Below are positions 25,182 through 32,000 of a stretch of DNA of 32,000 nt, piece by piece; the first letter of the stretch is position 1, and each line of letters opens with the position of its first letter. The position numbers were made by a program, and so were the translations under genes. The notes below the pieces were generated by a model that saw only the letters and a program-made list of their open reading frames with translations, had not been told where the DNA came from and did not search any database. Source of the stretch: Thalassolituus sp. LLYu03 (GTDB lineage: Bacteria > Pseudomonadota > Gammaproteobacteria > Pseudomonadales > Oceanobacteraceae); assembly GCF_050507655.1 (NCBI RefSeq), contig NZ_CP191496.1:2833022-2865021 (forward strand). The letters are read 5' to 3'.

Positions 25182-26065
25182 TGATTCAAACTGTGGTTAA
25201 CCACAAAACGACTGTTGCCCCGCTGCACTTCGATGCGGGCATTTCCTTCACTGCTGACCTGTTGCAGAACCTGCTGATCCGACGCCGGATCACCCAGCAT
25301 CTGACCGTTCACTGACAAAACGATATCGCCCGGCTGCAGTTGCAGCGCGCTCAGCACAGAGCCCGGCTGCACTTCATAACCCGAGCCCGACCCCAGACTC
25401 TTCAGACCCATTTCGGTCAGAGCGCCTTCCGGGTCGCTGCTGGTTTCTTCAGACACCAGCTCCATAAATTCACCCGGGTTGCGCACCTGCTTAAAGCGGT
25501 CACGCAACGAACCCGCGCCAACACGCGGACTGTCGTTGTCTTTGGGTTCCGGACGGTTCTGCACCGTGCGCGCGCTGATACCGGCGGCCGGTGCATCTTC
25601 AAATTTCAGGGTTTCCAGTTTGCCGTTGGTGTCGAGAATGACTTTATCTTCGTACACACCGGCCAGACGGGTTCTGCCCTGTACGGTGTCGCCGATGCGG
25701 TAGAACTCACCCTCGCCGCCTTTCGGAGCAATGATGGCGGACGACGCTTCCTGACGGGAAGCCTTGGTCACACCGAGCAATTCTAGACGCAAACGGGTAT
25801 CCGGCGCTTCCACTTCGGTGCTGACCACCTCGACCGGCTGCGCGGTCATTTCGCCGAATAAATGATATTGAGCGGCCGACGGGCCACTGGCCACCGCGGC
25901 GTCGGCATTGCCTTTACTTGGCGCGCGCAGCACCAGTGGCTCAGGTGCCACCACCTGCCAGGTCAGATGAGCCAGCTGCCAGGACAACAACAGGGTCAGC
26001 GCAACCTTACCCGCGACCAATGCCGGGCGCTGCCAACCAACTGCCTGCGCGATTACGTCTGCCAA
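25178..26065 (-). CDS. gspC: type II secretion system protein C (PDZ-containing)
   Basis: 295 aa from a TTG start, with GGAG 9 nt upstream and no in-frame ATG nearby. It has an N-terminal TM, an HR region (LRLELLGVTKAS...AIIAPKGGEGEFYRIGDTV) and a C-terminal PDZ-like segment (LQLQPGDIVLSVNGQ). Its stop overlaps the gspD GTG. Confidence 0.8.
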   Translation of the reverse strand: MADVIAQAVGWQRPALVAGKVALTLLLSWQLAHLTWQVVAPEPLVLRAPSKGNADAAVASGPSAAQYHLFGEMTAQPVEVVSTEVEAPDTRLRLELLGVTKASRQEASSAIIAPKGGEGEFYRIGDTVQGRTRLAGVYEDKVILDTNGKLETLKFEDAPAAGISARTVQNRPEPKDNDSPRVGAGSLRDRFKQVRNPGEFMELVSEETSSDPEGALTEMGLKSLGSGSGYEVQPGSVLSALQLQPGDIVLSVNGQMLGDPASDQQVLQQVSSEGNARIEVQRGNSRFVVNHSLNQ

Positions 26066-26097
26066 AAATCATCACTCCGTTTGCAAGGCGCCCAAGG

Positions 26098-26868
26098 TTA
26101 CAGAACCTTATGGGACACTTCAAAAATTACCGTATCTTCCGTCGACTGCACCGGCCATTTCTGCCCCAGCACATCGAGGAAACGGCGACGGATGGCAGCA
26201 CCACCCCAGCCGTCCGGCTGCAGGTAACCCTGAATCAGCTGCTGGCCTTCGGTGGTGGTGAAATTGATCACGGCTTTGTCGCCTTCCATGGCCAGCTGCC
26301 CAATCAGCATTGGCATGGTGGCGTTCACCGGCTTGCGGTCGACCGGGAAACCCACGTCGCCACCGCTGTAAATCAGCTGGCCCTGCACGCCACTCAGCTG
26401 GCGGCTGTTGAGGTCGGCGTTGAGCGCCAGATTATTCAGTTCGAAATGGCCGGCCACCGTAACCTGATTGCGGCGCAGCAGCGGCGCAATGGAGGCCGCT
26501 TCCAGAAAGCCCTGGGTGTTTTCCAGTGCTACGTGTCCCGCGGCACTGACGGTCACATCGGATTTCAGACGCACGCCTTCGCCGTCAACGGCCAGACCCA
26601 GCGCAGCATTGCCGCTCAGCAGCGACGCCGGATGCAGCTGCCAGACGCCATCCAGAGTGCCCAGACTGCGCAATTGCGGAATCTGCAGACGCACATGCCC
26701 GCGCCACAGGGTGCCGTTCACCTGCTCAATTTTGACCGGCAGGCGCGCCAGCGAAGGTTCGACCCAGCGCCAGACAAAATGCAGAGGGGTGTTAACAACA
26801 AGAATGATGAGGAAGGTAAAGAAGCCCAGTAACACATACCAGCGGGCCGCCCAGATGGCTTTAAACAT
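26098..26868 (-). CDS. gspN: type II secretion system protein N
   Basis: 256 aa with an N-terminal TM (WYVLLGFFTFLIILVV) followed by VNGTLWRGHVRL, which is typical of the GspN/EpsN family. It lies 32 nt upstream of gspC on the same strand. Confidence 0.75.
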   Translation of the reverse strand: MFKAIWAARWYVLLGFFTFLIILVVNTPLHFVWRWVEPSLARLPVKIEQVNGTLWRGHVRLQIPQLRSLGTLDGVWQLHPASLLSGNAALGLAVDGEGVRLKSDVTVSAAGHVALENTQGFLEAASIAPLLRRNQVTVAGHFELNNLALNADLNSRQLSGVQGQLIYSGGDVGFPVDRKPVNATMPMLIGQLAMEGDKAVINFTTTEGQQLIQGYLQPDGWGGAAIRRRFLDVLGQKWPVQSTEDTVIFEVSHKVL

Positions 26869-26954
26869 GGTGATACTTATTATCTCTGGCGATGTCTGCG
26901 GGTCATTCTACTGAACGGGGGCCGAAAATTTAATGTAACAATGTGACATTCATG

Positions 26955-26992
26955 TAAAAAAGCAGGCGTCTGTCACGCCAGAACGCCTGCTT
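26955..26992 (-). terminator. rho-independent terminator of the ceramidase gene
   Basis: The minus strand reads AGCAGGCGT-13 nt-ACGCCTGCT followed by TTTTTTAC, about 25 nt after the stop at 27017. Confidence 0.7.
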
Positions 26993-27016
26993 CTTCAGTA
27001 AATGCCGCGAACGGCT

Positions 27017-29122
27017 TTATTCGACCAGTGCCACGCCCGGCTGTTCACCTTCGTTCCAGGTAAAGACCGGCGAAATCAGTTGCGGCTGTTGCTGACGTGG
27101 CTCGATCACAAAGCGGTATTCACCGCCTGCTACCGGGTTGTACCAGCGGGTTTCGTAGTCGGCCATGCCCTGATCTTCATCGTCGAGGTAACGTACTTCG
27201 ATGTCGTAACCGTCGTCGTCGACCGGCTCACCGTTCACCACCAGACGCTGCCACTGGCCATCGACCTTATGCTCCACCCGCACCAGCGGGTTGTGGAACT
27301 GAATGGCGTCCGGGGCTACGTCCGCCCAGCGCACGGCCACGTAGTTTTCTTCGTTGGCGCCATCGGCCAGCACGGCCTGCGGCTGTTCAAGCCAGCTGCG
27401 CTTGCCGGTGGACGACACCGCATCCGGCAGGAAGTCGTTCACTTTCAGGTTGTAGCGCCATTCGCCTTTCAGTTCTTCGACATTGCCGTCTTTCACCAGA
27501 TCGCGCGCCAGCAGGCCCAGCTGAGCAGTCAGGTACGGCGTTGAATACTGACCGTACAGCGTATGGCCACCTTCGTAATTCTGGCGACGGTATTCCTCGG
27601 GCGTGGTGGTGTAACCGAAATAACCATTGGCGTTGCTGGCCACCCAGACATAACGCGGTGCATCACCACCGGCCTGCAGTTCACTCTGTACCCGTTCCGC
27701 CATGCGGTGGCCGGATTCCGTGGTTGATTCAAATGGCACCGGCAGCACCACCATGTCGTTGATGCGCAGCAGCTGGAACATGACGGTATTGGGGAAGCTG
27801 TCTTTCGGTTCCAGAATCGGCTGCAGGAAGGAGAAGCCCAGATGGCGCTTGTTGCCCTGACAGCCGTCTTTGAAGAACCACCAGCGACGCGACATCAGGT
27901 TACCACCATGGAAAAACGGAATGGCCGTAAGCCATGGCGTACGGCGCTCATAGGCACCGGCGGCCACTGTGTTACCCACGGCCGCGTCGTGACAGATTTC
28001 CACGTCTTCCACTTTATTGTGGTCACGGATATTCAGCTCGCGGGCAGCGGTTTTCAGGGTGATATCCGCCGTCAGTTCACTGCCGAGGGATTCAAACAGA
28101 CCAATGGCTTCGCCGCCGATGCCCTGTCCGAGTTTTTTCGCCGCTTTCCAGTTCACCTCAAAATGACCGAACCAGTTGTCGCCGTGTTCTTCCAGCGCCG
28201 GCGCCATATCGCCCTGAGTGCCTGTGCTTAACGCGTGTACCACAGGCCAGGAGGTCTGGTATTCCTCACGGATTTTCCATTCCAGATCTTTCTGCGCGTA
28301 GGCGAACAGGTCGGCGTTATACACCTCAACCGGCACGGTCAGCGCCGTGGCGTGGACCGAGAAACTGGAAAACGCGGCCAGCGGTTTGTAGCGGCCGTCG
28401 TCGTCTTTCACGTCGACACGCACCATGTACAGCGCCGGGTTCACCGCTTTGAATTTGGCTTGCGGGTCATCGAGGCTGACGCCGGACACATCATCGTTCA
28501 GCACATAGGAGTCGAGCGCGCGGTTACGGTTGTAGCCGTAAATGTCTTTTTTACCGGTGGCAATTTTCGCCGGACGACGCGCTTCATACGCCTGAATGAT
28601 GCCCTCGCTGATGCGGCTGGCGGTGAATTCGAGGAACTCAGGTTCCAGCCACTGACCGCTCGACATGTGCTTGTTGTAGAAATCGTTGTCGAAGAAATTG
28701 ACCGGCGCCGAATGGCTGTGCGAGGCGGTAATGGCAATATCGCCGGCACCCAGGCCGGTTTTTTCCGCCACACGCGACGCCACTTCATGCTGCAGCAATA
28801 ACGAGGCCGCGGTGAGGTCGGTCTGCACCACGGCCAGTGCCTGACCTTTGCCGTCGTTCAGATACACCACCCGCGCCTTAATACGGGTACGGAAGCCTTC
28901 ACCGCGGTTGGCCATCACCGAATAACCGCCCATCGGCATGCCCGGTGGTGGTGTGATGTCCACCGACACGGCACCGGCGGTCGGGCCTTGCTGGCTTACG
29001 GCGGTATGAATACGGGCGTCGGGTTGCTGCACCACAATTTCCTGAGTGGCAGCACAGGCGGTCAACGCACTGAGAAAGGCGGCAGGCAGGAGCCTGGCCC
29101 AGCGAACGCGGGTAAGAGACAT
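27017..29122 (-). CDS. neutral/alkaline non-lysosomal ceramidase, lipoprotein
   Basis: 701 aa with lipobox LSALTAC. Ceramidase_alk-like features: VDITPPPGMPMGGY, FRTRIKARVVYL and the metal-site-like ITASHSHSAP. The C-terminal beta-sandwich-like tail resembles the Pseudomonas neutral ceramidase. Confidence 0.85.
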   Translation of the reverse strand: MSLTRVRWARLLPAAFLSALTACAATQEIVVQQPDARIHTAVSQQGPTAGAVSVDITPPPGMPMGGYSVMANRGEGFRTRIKARVVYLNDGKGQALAVVQTDLTAASLLLQHEVASRVAEKTGLGAGDIAITASHSHSAPVNFFDNDFYNKHMSSGQWLEPEFLEFTASRISEGIIQAYEARRPAKIATGKKDIYGYNRNRALDSYVLNDDVSGVSLDDPQAKFKAVNPALYMVRVDVKDDDGRYKPLAAFSSFSVHATALTVPVEVYNADLFAYAQKDLEWKIREEYQTSWPVVHALSTGTQGDMAPALEEHGDNWFGHFEVNWKAAKKLGQGIGGEAIGLFESLGSELTADITLKTAARELNIRDHNKVEDVEICHDAAVGNTVAAGAYERRTPWLTAIPFFHGGNLMSRRWWFFKDGCQGNKRHLGFSFLQPILEPKDSFPNTVMFQLLRINDMVVLPVPFESTTESGHRMAERVQSELQAGGDAPRYVWVASNANGYFGYTTTPEEYRRQNYEGGHTLYGQYSTPYLTAQLGLLARDLVKDGNVEELKGEWRYNLKVNDFLPDAVSSTGKRSWLEQPQAVLADGANEENYVAVRWADVAPDAIQFHNPLVRVEHKVDGQWQRLVVNGEPVDDDGYDIEVRYLDDEDQGMADYETRWYNPVAGGEYRFVIEPRQQQPQLISPVFTWNEGEQPGVALVE

Positions 29123-29314
29123 GAGAATGACCTTTAATTGTTATTGTCAGGCTTTTGTGCACGTTTGTACCACATCAACCAGCCCGCTGCCACTGGCCGT
29201 TGCTGCCGTTTTTGTCCCGCTATCAACAACACAGAAATCGCTCGGCCCTACTGATTCCATTGTCAGTTTTTGGTCAAGATAGCAGGCTCAAAGAAATGGA
29301 TGTCCGGAGTCCCG

Positions 29315-30889
29315 ATGAGTTTGCGTTATACCCCTGCCACACTGGCACTGTCTGCCCTGCTGCTGAGTTCAGCCCACATGGCTCAGGCCGCTGAACGGAG
29401 CGAAGTCGACAGCGACCACAACGGTCTGATTGAAATCAACGACCTCGACGATCTGAACGAGATCCGCAATAACCCGCTGCCGAGCAATGCCTACGAGCTG
29501 CACGGCACGCATCTGTACGGTAACAACGGCGGTTGCCCGACGGCCGGTTGCAACGGTTACGAGCTGACCGCCGATCTGAACTTCGACACCAACGGCAACC
29601 AGCGTTTTGATGCCGGCGACCGCTTCTGGAACAACGGCAAAGGCTTTGAGCCCATCGGCAATTTCAATCTCAAATTTGCCGCCGAATTCCACGGCCAGAA
29701 CCACACCCTGCACAACCTGACCATCCACCGTCCCGGCGAATACTTCACTGCCCTGTTCGGCTATCTGGAAATGGCCAGCGTGCACCATCTGAATCTGACC
29801 GCCGATATTCAGGGCGGCGGTAACTCGGCGGCTCTGGCCGGTTACGCCTGGCGCTCTCTGTTTTATCAACTGCACGCCAACACTCAGGTGACCGCCAGCG
29901 ATTCCACCAGCAACAGCTGTGGGGCGTTCTGCAATGCCGGCGCCAATGGCGGTCTGATCGGCAGCGGCGAAGAACTCATGGTGCGTCAGGTGCTGCTCAA
30001 AACCCGGGTAACCGGGGCCGACGAAACCGGCGGTCTGGCCGGCTATCTGGCCGACAGTAATCTGGATGAAATCGGCGTTCAGGCAGAGGTCAGCGGCGAC
30101 AGCATGGTCGGCGGTCTGAGCGGAAAAATGACCCTGACCGCGGGCGACAGCGCCGCCATTACCAGCAGCGTCAAACGCAGTTTTGTCGCCGCCCGTGTCA
30201 ATGGTGAAAACCGCGTAGGGGTTCTGGCCGGCAGCCTGAAAGGCACGGACCTGAGCGATGTGATCGTCACCGGTGACCTGACACTGGCGGATCGTCAGTA
30301 CGTACGCGCCGGTGCGGTCGTAGGCTCAATGGACGGCGGCAGCAGCCTGCGTCTGCTGGCCACCGTGCGTCTGCCGGCCAACAGCGGCAACACGCGCTTT
30401 ATCGGCTCCTTCGCCGGTGAGAGCAGCGATCTGGTTCTGACCGATATTCAGAAAACCCACGTCGCGTCTGATCTGGCGCGCCGCAGCGACGGCAGCGGTA
30501 AGGGCTCACTGACCCCAAGCCAGCACTACCTGCTGAGTCACATTCAGTGCGCCACCGCCGCCAATGCCTGCGACAGCCTGCAGTACAGCGACTGGAATAC
30601 CGTGGTGAACAGTGGCAAAAAAGCGCTGTGGACCTTCGGTTCACAGGATCAGGTGCCGGGCGTGGTATTGCCGCAGGCAACTCTGGTCGACGCGGACGCC
30701 AACGGCGTGGCCGACAGCTGGCCGGCCATGGCGTCGCCGGATCCTGTTGACCCAGACCCGGTAGACCCGGATCCGGTAACACCCACTCCGGGTAAAAGCT
30801 CAGGCGGTGGCGCTCTGCTGATGTGGCTGTGGCTGCTGCCGCTGACGGCCGTGCTGCGCCGCCGGACTCTGCGTCCGGCCCGTGCCTGA
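29315..30889 (+). CDS. GLUG-repeat beta-helix protein with a GlyGly-CTERM sorting signal
   Basis: Trimmed to the ATG at 29315 (GGAG 5 nt upstream). Signal MSLRYTPATLALSALLLSSAHMAQA. About 7 degenerate repeats with GGLxG-type cores (NGGLIGSG, TGGLAGYL, VGGLSGKM, VGVLAGSL, AGAVVGSM, IGSFAGES). A PDPVD linker precedes the C-terminus SSGGGALLMWLWLLPLTAVLRRR, which has the layout Gly-Gly, TM helix, Arg cluster. Confidence 0.75.
   Translation: MSLRYTPATLALSALLLSSAHMAQAAERSEVDSDHNGLIEINDLDDLNEIRNNPLPSNAYELHGTHLYGNNGGCPTAGCNGYELTADLNFDTNGNQRFDAGDRFWNNGKGFEPIGNFNLKFAAEFHGQNHTLHNLTIHRPGEYFTALFGYLEMASVHHLNLTADIQGGGNSAALAGYAWRSLFYQLHANTQVTASDSTSNSCGAFCNAGANGGLIGSGEELMVRQVLLKTRVTGADETGGLAGYLADSNLDEIGVQAEVSGDSMVGGLSGKMTLTAGDSAAITSSVKRSFVAARVNGENRVGVLAGSLKGTDLSDVIVTGDLTLADRQYVRAGAVVGSMDGGSSLRLLATVRLPANSGNTRFIGSFAGESSDLVLTDIQKTHVASDLARRSDGSGKGSLTPSQHYLLSHIQCATAANACDSLQYSDWNTVVNSGKKALWTFGSQDQVPGVVLPQATLVDADANGVADSWPAMASPDPVDPDPVDPDPVTPTPGKSSGGGALLMWLWLLPLTAVLRRRTLRPARA
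30737..30778 (+). repeat. in-frame tandem repeat encoding PDPVDPDPVDPDPV (linker)
   Basis: ccg gat cct gtt gac cca gac ccg gta gac ccg gat ccg gta, located directly before the GlyGly-CTERM signal. Confidence 0.6.
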
Positions 30890-30916
30890 TCTGAAGGAAC
30901 TGGCAGCCCCGGTTGG

Positions 30917-30987
30917 TCAGGGCAAGTTGCCTGCTATTCATGAATAAGATTCACAACCGACTTGCCCTGATGGAAATCAGGGCAGGC
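30917..30987. repeat. structured intergenic element with three related arms
   Basis: Arm A is TCAGGGCAAGT (30917..30927). Arm B is ACTTGCCCTGA (30960..30970), the perfect reverse complement of A. Arm C is TCAGGGCAggc (30977..30987), whose first 8 nt equal those of A. The A-B loop contains the 10-bp perfect palindrome ATTCATGAAT (30936..30945). Confidence 0.5.
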
Positions 30988-31267
30988 TTCTGAGCCCCGC
31001 GATCAGTTTTTCTTTTTCGGCTCTGGCCAGTTTTTTCACCCGCATTTCCGCCCGCAAGGCATCGCCGTGTGTTCCGACCGGCGTCTGATAGACCAGGGTC
31101 AGAGGCCCGCGCCCACGCAGCGCACGGGCGGTTTTCGGCCCGTTGGCACTGTGTTCAGCGAAGCGCCGGACGACGTCGGTGCTGATGCCGCAGTACAGGT
31201 TGCCGGACGCCATACGCACCAGATACAGGTGCCACGCGGGGCTTTCCGCCGGGGATTGCAGGGTCAC
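30977..31267 (-). CDS. GIY-YIG nuclease-superfamily protein (YhbQ/UPF0213-like)
   Basis: WHLYLVRMASGNLYCGISTDVVRRFAEH...LTLVY...ALRAEMRVKKL matches the GIY-YIG / YhbQ pattern. I place the start at the GTG at 31267 (AAGGA 6 nt upstream), giving 96 aa, rather than at the track TTG at 31312. Confidence 0.7.
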   Translation of the reverse strand: MTLQSPAESPAWHLYLVRMASGNLYCGISTDVVRRFAEHSANGPKTARALRGRGPLTLVYQTPVGTHGDALRAEMRVKKLARAEKEKLIAGLRSLP

Positions 31268-31375
31268 GATTAATCCTTGCCGTGTCACAGAAAAGTCGTA
31301 TTGTACCCACAAACCTGAGCCGCCCCCTTACAGGCGCAGAACATCAGGCAACTCACCGTACCAAGAAGTCGTTTT

Positions 31376-32000
31376 ATGCACGCTGTATTCCGCGAACCGA
31401 TAAGTGGCCTGACCCATCTGGCCGGCGCCATTTTCGCCATCGTTGCTCTCTGTATTCTCGCCGCTCAGGCTGCCCTGCACGGCGGCGTCTGGCACATGGT
31501 GTCGTTCATGATTTTCGGCGCCACGCTGCTGATCATGTTTGCCAGCAGCACGGTCTACCACCTCATTCACGCCTCGGACACCGTCATTCAATGGCTCAAA
31601 CGTGTCGACCACATGGCCATTTTCCTGCTCATTGCCGGTACGTATACGCCCATCTGTCTGGTGCCGCTGAACGGCAGCACAGGATGGTGGCTGTTCGGGG
31701 TGGTGTGGGCGCTGGCGATTTCCGGCGTGGTATTGAAGGTGGTCTGGATCAGCGCGCCGCGCTGGTTTTCGACCGTAATTTACGTGCTGATGGGCTGGCT
31801 TGTGGTGTTCGTTTACCCGGTGCTGGATAAGATTCCGCCCGGCGCGCTGGCGTGGATCACCTACGGCGGCCTCAGCTACACCATAGGCGCCGTGGTGTAC
31901 GCCACCAAGTGGCCAAATCCGTGGCCGAAGTGGTTCGGTTTCCACGAAATCTGGCATCTGTTTGTGATCGGCGGCGGTGTCTGCCATTTCTGGGCGATTG
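31376..32000 (+). CDS. hemolysin III / PAQR-family membrane protein (YqfA-like), 3'-partial
   Basis: Not in the ORF track because it has no stop in the window. My translation from the ATG at 31376 gives MHAVFREPISGLTHLAGAIFAIVALCIL...SSTVYHLIH...RVDHMAIFLLIAGTYTP...GFHEIWHLFVIGGGVCHFWAI. It has multiple TM helices and the His/Asp motifs of the Hly-III family. An in-frame TGA at 31316 leaves no earlier start. Confidence 0.8.
   Translation, partial: MHAVFREPISGLTHLAGAIFAIVALCILAAQAALHGGVWHMVSFMIFGATLLIMFASSTVYHLIHASDTVIQWLKRVDHMAIFLLIAGTYTPICLVPLNGSTGWWLFGVVWALAISGVVLKVVWISAPRWFSTVIYVLMGWLVVFVYPVLDKIPPGALAWITYGGLSYTIGAVVYATKWPNPWPKWFGFHEIWHLFVIGGGVCHFWAI

Noticed and set aside
23223-26832. Several 200-300-aa + strand ORFs (23223..24023, 24246..24890, 25340..25786, 25918..26832) opposite gspD, gspC and gspN
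   Set aside because: All are antisense to recognisable T2SS genes. One even spans the gspC/gspN intergenic gap. Their composition is Arg/Gly/His/Gln-rich, consistent with GC-rich shadow frames.
27002-28801. ORFs of 129-221 aa on the + strand opposite the ceramidase gene
   Set aside because: They are shadows of a 701-aa ceramidase with conserved motifs, and they are Arg/Pro/His-rich.
31282-31987. Track ORFs 31282..31830(+) and 31328..31987(-)
   Set aside because: A third frame (+, from the ATG at 31376) gives a clean hemolysin-III/PAQR membrane protein. It is missing from the track only because it lacks a stop in the window. The two listed ORFs are Arg/His/Gly-rich off-frame artefacts.
1-32000. 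Search by eye for CRISPR repeats, tRNA/rRNA, IS elements, integrases, phage or defence-island genes, and toxin-antitoxin pairs
   Set aside because: None found. The only nuclease-like gene is a small stand-alone GIY-YIG (YhbQ-like) protein that is common as a housekeeping gene. No flanking repeats suggest mobility.

Overview
32-kb chromosomal window from a Gram-negative genome, gammaproteobacterium-like by gene content (T2SS GspN/C/D, a sigma-54/NtrC-type amt promoter, SodB, PurU, PpnN, YceF). I support 25 protein-coding genes, one of which runs off the right edge and is absent from the ORF track. I also support 9 intrinsic terminators, one sigma-54 promoter with NtrC-like sites, and one phased Pho-box-like array. 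By eye I found no rRNA, tRNA, CRISPR array, transposase, integrase or phage gene. All family calls come from motif recall in the translated ORFs; no database search was run. The ORF track opens ORFs at TTG/GTG as well as ATG, so I trimmed several 5' ends using signal peptides and Shine-Dalgarno spacing.

Housekeeping genes are thiolase, purU, amt, ppnN, class I fumarase, sodB and yceF. They are interleaved with a dense set of envelope and secretome genes: five lipoproteins, a gspN-gspC-gspD block, a GlyGly-CTERM GLUG protein, a VolA-type lipase and a neutral ceramidase.

Candidates for undescribed biology, in my order of interest:
1. A Pho-box-fronted pair of a PhoX-like beta-propeller lipoprotein and an unrecognisable 582-aa di-haem c-type lipoprotein.
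2. A VolA-type surface lipase followed by a DUF1302 outer-membrane barrel, in the position where Vibrio has FadL.
3. A sigma-54/NtrC-driven amt gene translationally coupled to an unknown 222-aa cytoplasmic protein, with no glnK.
4. Tandem paralogous small secreted proteins with a conserved 50-aa module.
5. A membrane-anchored coiled-coil protein start/stop-overlapped with a truncated acyl-CoA-dehydrogenase-like protein.

None of these is proven. Each is a hypothesis with a stated test.
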